DNA from: an uncultured Fibrobacterota bacterium
GTDB taxonomy: Bacteria; Fibrobacterota; Chitinivibrionia; Chitinivibrionales; FEN-1185
Length of the DNA stretch: 64,000 bases
Assembly: GCA_963753345.1 (NCBI GenBank)
Contig: CAVWBU010000028.1
Location: 8,972 to 72,971, forward strand
Direction of reading: 5' to 3'
The notes under the pieces are model-generated. The model was not told where the DNA came from. It worked only from the letters and a program-made list of their open reading frames with translations, and did no database searches. Position numbers and translations under genes: made by a program. Of this stretch, positions 10,141 through 20,146 are shown piece after piece. Numbering within the stretch: the stretch's first letter is position 1; every line of letters begins with the position of its first letter.

Positions 10141-12357
10141 ATGCGCTTTTATCGAAATGCCCTGATCCTCACCGCGATCCTTTTGGGCGCCGCGTACGGC
10201 GCCAACGCGCCCACAGCCAGCGTAAAGTCCGGCTCGGCCGCACGTGCTGCTGCTCAGCAGAAATCCGCGGCCCGCACAAAGGCCCTTGCCGCGCTCAATC
10301 CCTATGTGCAGGACTCGGCCGCGCTTGCGAAAAAAGACCTGCCTTTGCACGCGCATATCGCCGTGATCGCCAGGGCTTTCGGCGACTCCGTGGTGGTCAG
10401 ATGGGCGCCCTCAAAACCCGGCGGCTGGCTCTTTGGCAACAAGAACGGCTACGTGGTGGAACGCTATGTGATTTCCGGCAATCTGTCCAAAGGCCCGGTC
10501 CCATTCGAGCGGCTGAACGCGCAGCCCGCAAAACCGCTTACACTCGAGGATTGGAAAAAGAACTCAAAGCCCGAAGACCGTCTTGCGGCCATTGCGGCGC
10601 AGGTACTGTACGGAAAGCAGATGGTCACGAAAGGTGCCTACGGCGGCGGACTCTCCTATATCAAGTTCGCGGCCGACGAGCTTGAAAACCGCTGGGGATT
10701 CGCCCTCTTCGCGGCGGACAACAGCGCCCATGCGGCCGACGGGCTCGGTCTGCGGTTGGTTGACAGAACAGTAAAACCGGGGCAGAAGATCATCTACCGG
10801 GTGTACGCGGTTTCCGGCGATGCGTCGTACCATCTCGACACCGGCGCGGTGATGGTCGACGTGCAGGCGGCGCGGCCCGTTGAGGGGCCGGGCAATCTCG
10901 CCGCCGACGGCGGCGACGGAAGGATCATGCTGTCGTGGAGCACCGCCTTTCCCGAACACTTCTCGGGCTATTACGTGGAACGGTCCGACGACAACGGCGT
11001 GAGGTTTCGGCGCCTGAACGCCGTTCCACTTGTCAACGTTCATAATCGTTCGTCAAAAGACGACAACCTGTATTATTCGGACACAAGTGTCATAAATTAC
11101 CGTCATTACCGCTACAAGGTTTGCGGCGTTACTCCATTCGCCGAAATTTCAGAACCGGTGGAGATCGAAGCCTTCGGACGCGATCTCACACCTCCGGCGC
11201 CTCCTCATGTTAACAAACCGAAACGGACCGGCGAGCACAAAGTGAAGCTGACGTGGGAGATGCCGGTGCTGTCCCCCGATCTTCACGGCTTTGTCGTCAC
11301 CCGCAGCGAGAATCCCGTGCGGTTCTTCCATCCGCTAACCGACAAATTGCTGCCCGTAAAGGCCCGCGAGTTCGTCGACACCGCGGCGAATTTCGACGAA
11401 CCGTATTATATCGTAAGTTCCATTGACACGGCCGGCAACATTGCGCCTTCGCTGCCGCTCTACGTGGTGTTTCGCGATTCTACACCGCCCGCGCAGCCTA
11501 CCGGTCTCACCGCCGCAATCGACTCGACCGGCGTGGTTAAGCTCCATTGGCACGCGAACCCGGACAGCACCCGCATGCTCGGCTACCGGCTCATGTGGGC
11601 CAACGACGCCCGCCACGAGTTCTCACAGGTTACCTCCGAAGTGATCCGCGACACGGCATACGTGGACACCGTTTCGGTGAAGACCCTTACCCGCTCCGTG
11701 TATTTCAAATTGGTGGCGCTCAACAGTTGGTATGTGCCTTCGAAACCATCGGCGATCCTCGAAGTGAAGCGGCCGCATCTTATTAAGCCCGTTGCCCCCG
11801 TCATTGTGAGCGTGAGCGTCACCGACTCCACCATAAGGCTGGGATGGGCCAGGTCGCCAAGCGCGATGATCGACAGACAGATTATCGTGCGCAAGGGACC
11901 TTCGGACACGGGATGGATCACCGTTGCGTCCCTGCCGCCGCGCGATTCCTTCTGGACCGACCGCAAGGTCACCCGCGCCGTGACCTGCCTGTACGCGATT
12001 AGCGTCCACGACAGCGGGGGGCTTTCTTCCGCGCGGTCGCCCGTCATGCGCGGTCGGCCCTACGATCCCGGCGTTCTTCCGGAGGTGAAAAACCTGAAAG
12101 CTGTTTACAATAAGGGAAGCCGCGCGGTGGAACTGCAATGGGCCTGGGCGACTCCCATTACCGACGCGTGGTTTGTGATTTATCGGGGCGTGGGAAAAGC
12201 GGCGATCACCGAATATCAATCTGTCGATGCAACGAAAACGGCCTTCGTCGATAACGGCGTACCCAACAAATCACAAATCCGGTACGCCGTGCGGTGCGAG
12301 ACCCGCTCAGGGTCGAAGTCGCCGTTGTCAAAGGGCGCGGAGGTGCAGACGCCGTAA
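10141..12357 (+). CDS. Fibronectin type III repeat protein
   Basis: RBS GAGGTG, signal peptide, tandem FN3-like units (IMLSW..FSGYYVERS..YSDTSV..YRYKV; PPAPP..VKLTW; PPAQPTGL..VKLHW). Confidence 0.85.
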   Translation: MRFYRNALILTAILLGAAYGANAPTASVKSGSAARAAAQQKSAARTKALAALNPYVQDSAALAKKDLPLHAHIAVIARAFGDSVVVRWAPSKPGGWLFGNKNGYVVERYVISGNLSKGPVPFERLNAQPAKPLTLEDWKKNSKPEDRLAAIAAQVLYGKQMVTKGAYGGGLSYIKFAADELENRWGFALFAADNSAHAADGLGLRLVDRTVKPGQKIIYRVYAVSGDASYHLDTGAVMVDVQAARPVEGPGNLAADGGDGRIMLSWSTAFPEHFSGYYVERSDDNGVRFRRLNAVPLVNVHNRSSKDDNLYYSDTSVINYRHYRYKVCGVTPFAEISEPVEIEAFGRDLTPPAPPHVNKPKRTGEHKVKLTWEMPVLSPDLHGFVVTRSENPVRFFHPLTDKLLPVKAREFVDTAANFDEPYYIVSSIDTAGNIAPSLPLYVVFRDSTPPAQPTGLTAAIDSTGVVKLHWHANPDSTRMLGYRLMWANDARHEFSQVTSEVIRDTAYVDTVSVKTLTRSVYFKLVALNSWYVPSKPSAILEVKRPHLIKPVAPVIVSVSVTDSTIRLGWARSPSAMIDRQIIVRKGPSDTGWITVASLPPRDSFWTDRKVTRAVTCLYAISVHDSGGLSSARSPVMRGRPYDPGVLPEVKNLKAVYNKGSRAVELQWAWATPITDAWFVIYRGVGKAAITEYQSVDATKTAFVDNGVPNKSQIRYAVRCETRSGSKSPLSKGAEVQTP

Positions 12358-12413
12358 TTTAATGTAGAATGTAGAATGGAAATACAAAATCCGTTTTGCA
12401 ATCTACAATTAAA
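12358..12413. repeat. Short derivative of the AT-rich 94-bp TIR element
   Basis: AATGTAGAATGTAGAATGGAAATACAAA...ATCTACAATTAA matches the ends of 57995-58088. Confidence 0.6.
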
Positions 12414-12540
12414 GAGGCATTTACATCCGCTTTCCGCAATCCGTATAGATTGTGAATCCTTGGATTGATGATTGAAAAGTGTTTCAATCCGCATTCCGCA
12501 ATACCTGCCCTGAGCTTTGTCGAAGGGATCAATCCACAAT

Positions 12541-12728
12541 TCTCCGTGGGTGCCCCCACACAGGAGTCTGGTTCCGCAACTGCTTCCACTTGGGGGCCAC
12601 CCAGGAGGGGGAGCGCCCGCCCAACAGGAAGGGCGGAAAGCGCCGCAGGACACCGCAGGCCGAAGGCCGAGGAGGCCGGAGCGAGGGGGACGACCCTTGG
12701 AAGTACCCGACGGGGTAAACTTCCCCCA
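12541..12728 (+). repeat. Structured repeat module A, copy 1 (with two nested insertions)
   Basis: CTCCGTGGGTGCCCCCA..TGGGGGCCACCCAGGAG stem, GCAGGCCGAAGGCCGAGGA, terminal GGGG..TTCCCCC hairpin. Confidence 0.85.
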
Positions 12729-12768
12729 CAATTTCTTTTTATAATTCTTCAATCTCCTTTGTTCGCAT

Positions 12769-14007
12769 TTACCAAACACACGCAATCTTCCCGGTCTGAG
12801 TTTTTCCCGCATATTCCGCCAAGTACACGTAGAGTCCCGGCTTGACCCTCTTTCCCTGTTCGTCGATGTTGTTCCACACCGGATTCCTTCCTATCAAGTG
12901 ACGGACCGCACGGCCCTGCTCGTCGCACACCGTCACGGCGATCAGCCGATCTCGGTCCCCGCCCCTTGCCGCAAACGTTGTCCGGCCATGCGCGGCATTG
13001 GCGACAACCTGTATACTTTGGGGGGCTTCGGGAATACCAATTTCAACATCACGTACCCCGCTCTGCGTAGAACCCTGCCACACGCGCACGTAATCGATGT
13101 CGAACGTGTCAATGGCGCTCAGGTTCGGCAGCGTGCAGGCTGCCGCCCGGCACCAGTCGTTTTCCACCATCTGCTGGATCAGGATATAACCAGGGGTCCG
13201 GGCGATGTTCGAGTTGTTGGTGCCGGGCGTGGGGAATGTGCCGGCGGCTGTCCCGTCGAGGTAAAAGGTGAGGTGGTCGGCTTCCCAATCCACGCCGATG
13301 GTATGGAACGCGTTGGAAAAATCCCCGGCCGGTCCGGTGCCGTTGTTGCCGGTTCCGGTGTTGGGGGTCCAGCTCTTGTTGCGGGCCGAGTCGGTGGGCA
13401 GGCCGTCGAACCAGTTGTAATGCATCCACATGGTGCGCGGGTCGTTGCCCAGCACTTCCAGAATGTCAATTTCCCATTCGTAATTGTAATTCTTCTTGTC
13501 TGGGAGCATCCAGAACGCGCCGAAAAACCCTGAGACATTGACGATCTTCAGCCGGGCCTCAATGTACCCGTACAGGAACGAAAACTTGTACGGGGTGAGC
13601 GAGTTGGTGTTGGCGCGGGCGGAGATAAGCTCGCCCGACTTGTACGAATTCGCGAACGTGGTGATTCCGGGATTTGGCTGCGCCACAAGATGGCACACCC
13701 CGTTGCTCACCTGGATCTGCGACGGATAGTAATTCTCCCGCCCGTTGTTGAACGAGCCCACCCCGCCCCAGTCGGCATAGGGATTCCAGATTGACGTATC
13801 GTAGGCCGTGCCGCTAAAATCATCGTTGAGGATCAGCTTCCAGGAGCTCATTCCGGTCGGCAGGGGAACGGCGGCCGGCGGCAGCGGATCTGCTGCAAGC
13901 ACGCGCTCGGGCAAACCGGTGATGAAAAGCCCAAGCCAAAAAGAGCAGTAAACCGGCACCCATTGACCGCGTGATGCGGAAAGGATTCTTCCTGTCTGCA
14001 GCTTCAT
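12769..14007 (-). CDS. Glycoside hydrolase family 16 with a C-terminal FlgD/T9SS-like domain
   Basis: RBS GGAGG, signal peptide, WKLILNDDF, YGYIEAR, catalytic EIDILE, FHTIGVDW, FDIDYVRVWQ; C-terminal WNNIDEQGKRVKPGLY. Confidence 0.9.
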   Translation of the reverse strand: MKLQTGRILSASRGQWVPVYCSFWLGLFITGLPERVLAADPLPPAAVPLPTGMSSWKLILNDDFSGTAYDTSIWNPYADWGGVGSFNNGRENYYPSQIQVSNGVCHLVAQPNPGITTFANSYKSGELISARANTNSLTPYKFSFLYGYIEARLKIVNVSGFFGAFWMLPDKKNYNYEWEIDILEVLGNDPRTMWMHYNWFDGLPTDSARNKSWTPNTGTGNNGTGPAGDFSNAFHTIGVDWEADHLTFYLDGTAAGTFPTPGTNNSNIARTPGYILIQQMVENDWCRAAACTLPNLSAIDTFDIDYVRVWQGSTQSGVRDVEIGIPEAPQSIQVVANAAHGRTTFAARGGDRDRLIAVTVCDEQGRAVRHLIGRNPVWNNIDEQGKRVKPGLYVYLAEYAGKTQTGKIACVW

Positions 14008-14094
14008 TTTTCCTCCTTGTTCAAAGACCATTGCCCGGGCAATTCGCTATTTGCAGCGCCATACGTTCTTGCACAAATAACGTTTCTTTTCTAT

Positions 14095-15825
14095 CTACTT
14101 CCTGTTTCCGGCCGGAAGCGTTTCCAACGAGTCCGCATCCCGGGGATTCCTGCGGACCGTTGCCAAGGGAACATGCCTGTATGTTGCATATTCTTTTTGC
14201 GCTCCACGTGCTTCGCCGAGTCTGTGTACGGCCGGCGTAAACAAGGAATCCGCGGCAATGGCCCGGCCGAAACACTCTATTGCCAATGTTGTGTCGCCAA
14301 GCATTTCATAAGCATTGCCGCAGTTGAAATTCGCAAGGACATCGGTTGAGTCTTTGGCAAGCAATGCTTTGAACAAAGGAATGGCTTCCTTGGGCCTTCC
14401 CTGCTTGAGATAGATGAGTCCAAGGTTCAATCGAGGCATCCATTGATCCGGTCGCAGCGCAAGCGATGCGGCAAAACAACGAAACGCCTCGTGGTCGCTG
14501 TGGTGGGAAAGCAGGTAATTTCCTTTGATATTATAGGCAAAATAATTCGCCTTTGAAACGGCAAGTCCATGGTCGCCGAGGGTAACATCGTTTTGCCAAT
14601 AATCAACCTGTTTTCGCGTTTGATACGTGGCACAACAGAGCACAACAAGAGAACCGGTTACAACAATGACTTTGACGATGCTGCTGCGGGACGCAATATC
14701 GCGCAGAAGCCATGCGATAATGATGAAAAGCCCGATAAGGGGAACATAGGTATACCGGTCTGCCATTGCCTGGGATCCGACCGGGACAATGCCGATGACG
14801 GGCACCAACGTTCCAAGAAACCAGAGCCACCCCATAATTACGTAAGGCATTTTTTTGGCAACGGTGAGCGCAACGCCTGTCAACGCGATGAGGATTATGC
14901 AGGAAAACAACAGGTCCCACAACGACGGCATGACAACAGGAAAGGGATAAAAGAACGAAAGGTTTACAGGCCAGAACATTTTTCCGATGTAGCTCACATA
15001 AGAAATTAGGGAATTTGCAAGTCCCGACAAAAGGGACAATGAATCGGTTTTTCCAATTGCTTCTCCCCCGTGCTGTGCCAGGACGGTAATGACGCATGAA
15101 GCCGCTGCGAGACAAAAAAACGGTATCTTGTCGACAAGTAGGAATAACAGGTCTTTTTTACGGATGGCATTGCCGGGCGTCAGGTCAGGTTCGGCATGCA
15201 AAGCGTGCAGGCGAAGAGGCCAGAAATCAAGTAGCAGCAGCACAAAGGGCAGCGTTACGAGCATGGGCTTTGCCATGAGGCCAAAGGCAAACGCAATAAC
15301 CGCCCCAAAATAGCAGAGCCGCCTTCTGCGGATGGAAAATGATGAATAGAACAGAAGGGTGACCATCATGAAGAACGTGCTCAAAACATCTTTTCTTTCG
15401 GACACCCAGGCAACCGATTCGACGTGGAGAGGGTGAAGCCCGAAGAGCGCCGCGACAAGCGCGCTCCTCCATACGGCGCCCGTTGCGCCCCTGAGAAGCA
15501 AAAACAGAAGTAGCGTGTTGAGAACGTGAAATACCAGGCTGGTAAGATGGTGTCCCGCCGGTTTAAGCCCGTAGAGTTCACAGTCGAGCGTATGCGAAAA
15601 CCATGTGAGCGGGTGCCAGTTTGCGGCATAAAACGAGGTAAATGACCAGAGAATGTTTTTCTTACTAAATCCGGAGGTGATATGATAATTATTGGAGACG
15701 TACTGATAGTCATCGAAGGTGATAAAATCACATTTGTCAATCTTCCAATACGCAAACAACGTGGCTGCAACAAGCAGAAAAAGTATCAAATACAACGATT
15801 GTCGCGACGGTGTTGCGCTGTTCAT
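14095..15825 (-). CDS. TMTC-like membrane glycosyltransferase (GT-C fold) with C-terminal TPRs
   Basis: FDD, NWHPLTW, HPLHVESVAWVSERKDVLS, KPMLVTLP and ADRYTYVP motifs; many TM helices; TPR tail. Confidence 0.85.
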   Translation of the reverse strand: MNSATPSRQSLYLILFLLVAATLFAYWKIDKCDFITFDDYQYVSNNYHITSGFSKKNILWSFTSFYAANWHPLTWFSHTLDCELYGLKPAGHHLTSLVFHVLNTLLLFLLLRGATGAVWRSALVAALFGLHPLHVESVAWVSERKDVLSTFFMMVTLLFYSSFSIRRRRLCYFGAVIAFAFGLMAKPMLVTLPFVLLLLDFWPLRLHALHAEPDLTPGNAIRKKDLLFLLVDKIPFFCLAAASCVITVLAQHGGEAIGKTDSLSLLSGLANSLISYVSYIGKMFWPVNLSFFYPFPVVMPSLWDLLFSCIILIALTGVALTVAKKMPYVIMGWLWFLGTLVPVIGIVPVGSQAMADRYTYVPLIGLFIIIAWLLRDIASRSSIVKVIVVTGSLVVLCCATYQTRKQVDYWQNDVTLGDHGLAVSKANYFAYNIKGNYLLSHHSDHEAFRCFAASLALRPDQWMPRLNLGLIYLKQGRPKEAIPLFKALLAKDSTDVLANFNCGNAYEMLGDTTLAIECFGRAIAADSLFTPAVHRLGEARGAQKEYATYRHVPLATVRRNPRDADSLETLPAGNRK

Positions 15826-15889
15826 GGAATAGGGAAAGATCCTTTAATGGAAAAGCCTTTATCGACCAACGCGCACCCGCGTAACCGCA

Positions 15890-17647
15890 TTATCTGATAA
15901 CCGTCACCTTTTGCACCGCAGTATTCCTGTCTTTTGCGATGAAATAGATTCCCTCTGTTTTCAAAGACGTTGGATTAACGGTATTCCCCGCCATATTGTA
16001 AACCTTCAAATCTTCCATAGTATGAAGATACCGTTGCAAAAGCGCCGCCTTGATCGGGTTAGGCAGGCGGAGCACAGAGGCATTGGCGGTTTGCATTCCG
16101 TAGACTACACCGCCCGTGACTGGATACTCGTACGCGCCGATGTCCCATGCCGGGCCTTGCGGCCGCACAACACCGTCCTTGTCGTCCGTGAAATAGGTGC
16201 TCAGCGAAATCCCCGCATCTTTTGCCACCGTATCCGTTGACGCGAGATGCAGGTTGTTGTTTGCATTGTTCGGGGAATAACTGACAAATGCCGGTGCGTT
16301 GGTCTTGCCGTGCGGCTCCCTGGCGGCGACCCAGCCGGCGGCCGAATAATCGGTGCCGTTGTAGTAAATATGTGGAGCTATGGTGCTGTTGTAATAGACG
16401 TTGGCGTCAAAAGAAAACGACGCATTGGTAAAACCGGTGCTGGCCGCGATATAGATATTCTGATACTGCGCCCCGTTGCCGCAGTTGTAGAAGATGTTGT
16501 TTTTTATTTCGTTGCCCGAACCGCTGGGGTTGCTGTTGAATCCGTTGAAGCGCACCGTCACAAAGCCGACATTTTTCCCGTTGTCAAAACCGGTGTTGTC
16601 CACAAAGGTGTTGTTGAGCAGCTTGAAGTTGGTGATGGAAGTCATGGCGTTGCTGGAGGAGTTGTACAACCGGAAATATTCCGGATAGGGGTCGATTACC
16701 TGCACTATGTGGAAGAGATTGTTGTAGATCCACACGTCGTGCGGCGTTTTGTTGTTATAGCAGTCGTAATCGATATGCGAATCCCCCACGTTGGTGAACT
16801 CATTGTCGTAAATTTTATTGAAGTTGCCCTGAAGCTGGAACATGTCCGGATGCTGATCCGAGGTGATCACCGACGTTGCGGAGACCCTGAAGGTATTTCT
16901 GTAGGCGGACATCCCGCCGTAGGGCTGGATGCCGTCCGGCCCGCCGCAGGAGTCGTTGTCCAGTGTCTCGATGGAATTATCATGTATCTTCACCTCATCC
17001 CACGTGGTTCCGTCCGCCCCCACCGCGATCGCCGCATCACCCCGTATTTGTGTAAGATTTGAATATCTTATTTCGGTGCCCGCGGTTCCCGAGAACAGCG
17101 CCAGACCGTTGTTACAATTGGTGATATCGATATGATCGATAATAACAGCCGTAATTCCATCACCGTAGATGGAGGTTGCCGCCGTGCGATTCGTAATATT
17201 GCGCAGGTTTTTCAAGCCGATGTGATTTTGTCCATTTACATTCCCGCTGATAGTAATGTAGCTGCGGCCGCTTAGGGCAATGCCGCTTACCGTCGCGTTA
17301 TCTCCCAGCGCATCATAATCAAATACCGCGGTCCCGTTATGGCTCGCGTTGGCGGCATCCACCGTAATGGTAATCGGATTGCCCGAAGATCCACTTGCTC
17401 CGACCGACCATGACTCGGTATACGTTTTTGTTCCGCCGGACGGTCCGCCGCTGATGTAGACGAAGTCGCCCGGATGAACGCTTGACCATGCAATGTTCGA
17501 AAAATTCTTATAAGCGGTCGCCCACGACTGACCGTTTCCCGAAGCCGCCACCGCATTGTCGACATACCAGGAAGCTGCCCGTGCATCGCCGGCCCCGGAC
17601 AGTATTGCGGCGAGTGCAACGAACATTGATGCTGCTTGCTTATTCAT
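15890..17647 (-). CDS. Secreted right-handed beta-helix protein (pectin-lyase-like fold) with a choice-of-anchor-Q-like segment and C-terminal sorting domain
   Basis: Signal peptide, WYVD..GNGQSWATAY start, repeated I.NN.F units, DKDGVVRPQGPAWDIGAYE. Confidence 0.8.
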   Translation of the reverse strand: MNKQAASMFVALAAILSGAGDARAASWYVDNAVAASGNGQSWATAYKNFSNIAWSSVHPGDFVYISGGPSGGTKTYTESWSVGASGSSGNPITITVDAANASHNGTAVFDYDALGDNATVSGIALSGRSYITISGNVNGQNHIGLKNLRNITNRTAATSIYGDGITAVIIDHIDITNCNNGLALFSGTAGTEIRYSNLTQIRGDAAIAVGADGTTWDEVKIHDNSIETLDNDSCGGPDGIQPYGGMSAYRNTFRVSATSVITSDQHPDMFQLQGNFNKIYDNEFTNVGDSHIDYDCYNNKTPHDVWIYNNLFHIVQVIDPYPEYFRLYNSSSNAMTSITNFKLLNNTFVDNTGFDNGKNVGFVTVRFNGFNSNPSGSGNEIKNNIFYNCGNGAQYQNIYIAASTGFTNASFSFDANVYYNSTIAPHIYYNGTDYSAAGWVAAREPHGKTNAPAFVSYSPNNANNNLHLASTDTVAKDAGISLSTYFTDDKDGVVRPQGPAWDIGAYEYPVTGGVVYGMQTANASVLRLPNPIKAALLQRYLHTMEDLKVYNMAGNTVNPTSLKTEGIYFIAKDRNTAVQKVTVIR

Positions 17648-17929
17648 CGTTTCTCCTTTTGCCCGGTCGTCGCTGGAGAGAGCAGGCGATAAGGCCGCTG
17701 TTTCAACCTTGCCTGATCACGGGAATGCTTCAAAGGTAATATAGGGATATTTGGGCACAATTTGCAAGAAAATCCTCGCTTGCGCACCGCCAGGAAATTA
17801 GCGATTATCTCAAACATTTTCGGGCAAAACCGATTATATTAATGGGGGAACATTTGGCAGCTTCCTTCAACCAGATTAGTATAGTTGACGACACCGGAAA
17901 TTAAACCACTTAAACCAAAGGATCTTTGT

Positions 17930-19608
17930 ATGAATCTCAACAAATTCTGCCGGTCGGTTGCGATCTTCAGGAACATCATGGTTATGGCAATTGGTCTTTT
18001 CGTGGTCGGGACAACCTACGGACAGAGCGTTGTATGGATGCGTTCATCCAGCGGCGGGGACAAGCTAAAGACCCAAGCCCTTACGTTTGCCCCAACAGGA
18101 ACTGCGCCGGCGGTCAGCATTACCGTGAGCCCCGGCGACCAAGTATCAGACCATGGTGGGATTCGGCGGTTCTTTCACCGATGCAGGCGCCTGGTCTTTG
18201 AACTACCTTAGCGCGACAGACCGCGCGGCAGTGGTGGCAGCTTACTTTGGGCCGTCGGGCGCAAACTATGAAGTCTGCCGCTCACAGATGGGTGCCAGCG
18301 ATTTTTCCGCCGGCCTGTACAGCTACGACGACCAGGCCGGAGACTATTCCCTGAGTCATTTCACCATGGCACACGACTCCGTATATATGCTCCCCTGGGA
18401 AAAAGAAGCGATTACCCTCAACCCCGATCTCAAAATATTCGGATCGCCGTGGAGCGCTCCCGGTTGGATGAAAACGAGTGGCCAAATGGATAACGGCGGA
18501 ACATTGCTTCCGAGTTGCGACACCACCTGGTCGCTTTATTTTGTCAAGTGGTATCAGGCATACAAGGCCTTTGGGGTGACGCCATGGGGAGTAACAGTCC
18601 AGAACGAGCCGCGGCGCGGTCCAATCCTGGCCGTCCATGACCTTTACGGATGTTGCAGAGCGCGATTTTGTAAAGAACTACCTTGGGCCTATGTTGGCAA
18701 GAAACGGTCTTGGTCCAACCGTACTCAATCTCATGTTTCTCGATCATAACAGGGACATGATGGTCCAATGGGCAAACACCTTTTACGCAGATGCCACCGT
18801 GACCGGCATGGTCTGGGGTGAGGCGATTCACTGGTACGACTACCAGAACCTGTTCAGCGCCGTCAATCAGGTTTACACGCAGTACGATATTGCCGGTCCT
18901 CATAAGCACATCCTTGCAACGGAACAGTGCATCACGGGCTTCAATCAGAACAATCCTCCGTCGTGGCAAAACAGCGCCGAACTATATGCCCACGACATCT
19001 GGGGTGATTGCACAAACGGTTCCGAAGGCTGGGTCGATTGGAACATGATACTTAATCAACAGGGAGGCCCGAACGTATCCAACAACTGGTGCGATGCCGG
19101 GATCCTTATCAACACTGCGGCAAAAACATACCAATTCAGGCCGGTTTACTATGCCATGGCCCAGTATTCGAGATATGTCCGGACCGGAGCGGTGCGCATA
19201 GGCTGCACGGCTGCCGGCGCCAATTCTCCGGAAGTGATGGCGTTTAAGAACCCTGACTCCAGCTACGTCGTCATCGCGCACAATGGCGCGAACGCCTCAT
19301 ACAACGGCCGGGTCGTTATCGGGAGCACCGAGATAGATTATGCCACCACGCCCTATTCCATCGATGATTTCGTATGGTACCCCAACGGGGTTTCGGTCAC
19401 CAATAATGTCAGCAAAGTCCACTCTGCCGCGAAAAGCAACCTGACCGCATGGCGGCACGTGATGGGCCTCAACAGTACACCGTACCAGCAGGCTGCCGGT
19501 TCGGAAAGCTACACGGTATCGGGCAAACGGATCGCGCAGTCATCCGCGGTCCGTGTCGGCGCCGGCGTATACGTGGACAAACCAAGCGACAACTCAGTGG
19601 CGAAGTAG
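17930..19608 (+). CDS. Glycoside hydrolase family 30, split by two +1 frameshifts (~18131 and ~18612), probably sequencing errors
   Basis: Three ORF pieces join into one protein: signal peptide, TKYQTMVGFGGSFTD, MGASDF, SPWSAPGWMKT, acid/base VQNEP, HWY, nucleophile ATEQC, WVDWN, RTGAVRI, AFKNPD. Confidence 0.85.
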
Positions 19609-19614
19609 GCACAC

Positions 19615-19653
19615 AAGGAACCCCCGCTTTATGCAGCGGGGGTTCCTTTTTTT
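19615..19653 (+). terminator. Rho-independent terminator after GH30
   Basis: AAGGAACCCCCGCT-ttatgc-AGCGGGGGTTCCTT followed by a T-run. Confidence 0.9.
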
Positions 19654-19707
19654 GGTGCGAAGATGCATGCGGCCTCTGCTTCATGGCCTTCCTTGAGATA
19701 GTAAAGG

Positions 19708-19843
19708 ACCACGGCCACAGGCCGTGGCTTTGATGAGGGGGTATAACCCCCGAAATCAAAGAAAAGCGCGTCGGCGCTTTTGCGTAACATTGTGCACCAC
19801 GACCCTTGGAAGTCCCTGACGAGGGACGCCCATAGGGCGTGGT
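19708..19843. repeat. REP-like palindrome doublet with a nested 27-bp mini-element
   Basis: CCACGGCC-aca-GGCCGTGG, and ACCACG[27 bp]CCC-ata-GGGCGTGGT. Confidence 0.65.
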
Positions 19844-20146
19844 CTCTTTTCGAGAAAACGCCACAGGCTTACCACAAAAGTCCTTTCAGGCTGCACAAAA
19901 TAAATTTCCTGGTAGATTAGATGAATTTTGACGGACGTTGTTTTTATTTTATATTGTAATAGTCCGGCAGTATCGCCCTGCTGTCGCCGTGTAACCAGTT
20001 TCGGAACAATAACCTCCGGCGGGTTTCCGGATTCCGGCGTTGAAAGAGTGCGCCGGAGGCTGGAAAGAAAAGCGTCGGCCTTTACAAAAGCGTCAAATGA
20101 TTTCCAAAAGACATTCCACCAAACTTTTATCAAAGGAGTCTTACGA

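Noticed and set aside
12216-12845. Small ORFs across the repeat regions (also 23415-23800, 44305-44790, 60399-60836)
   Set aside because: Frames and lengths are not conserved between copies; conservation follows base-pairing, not codons.
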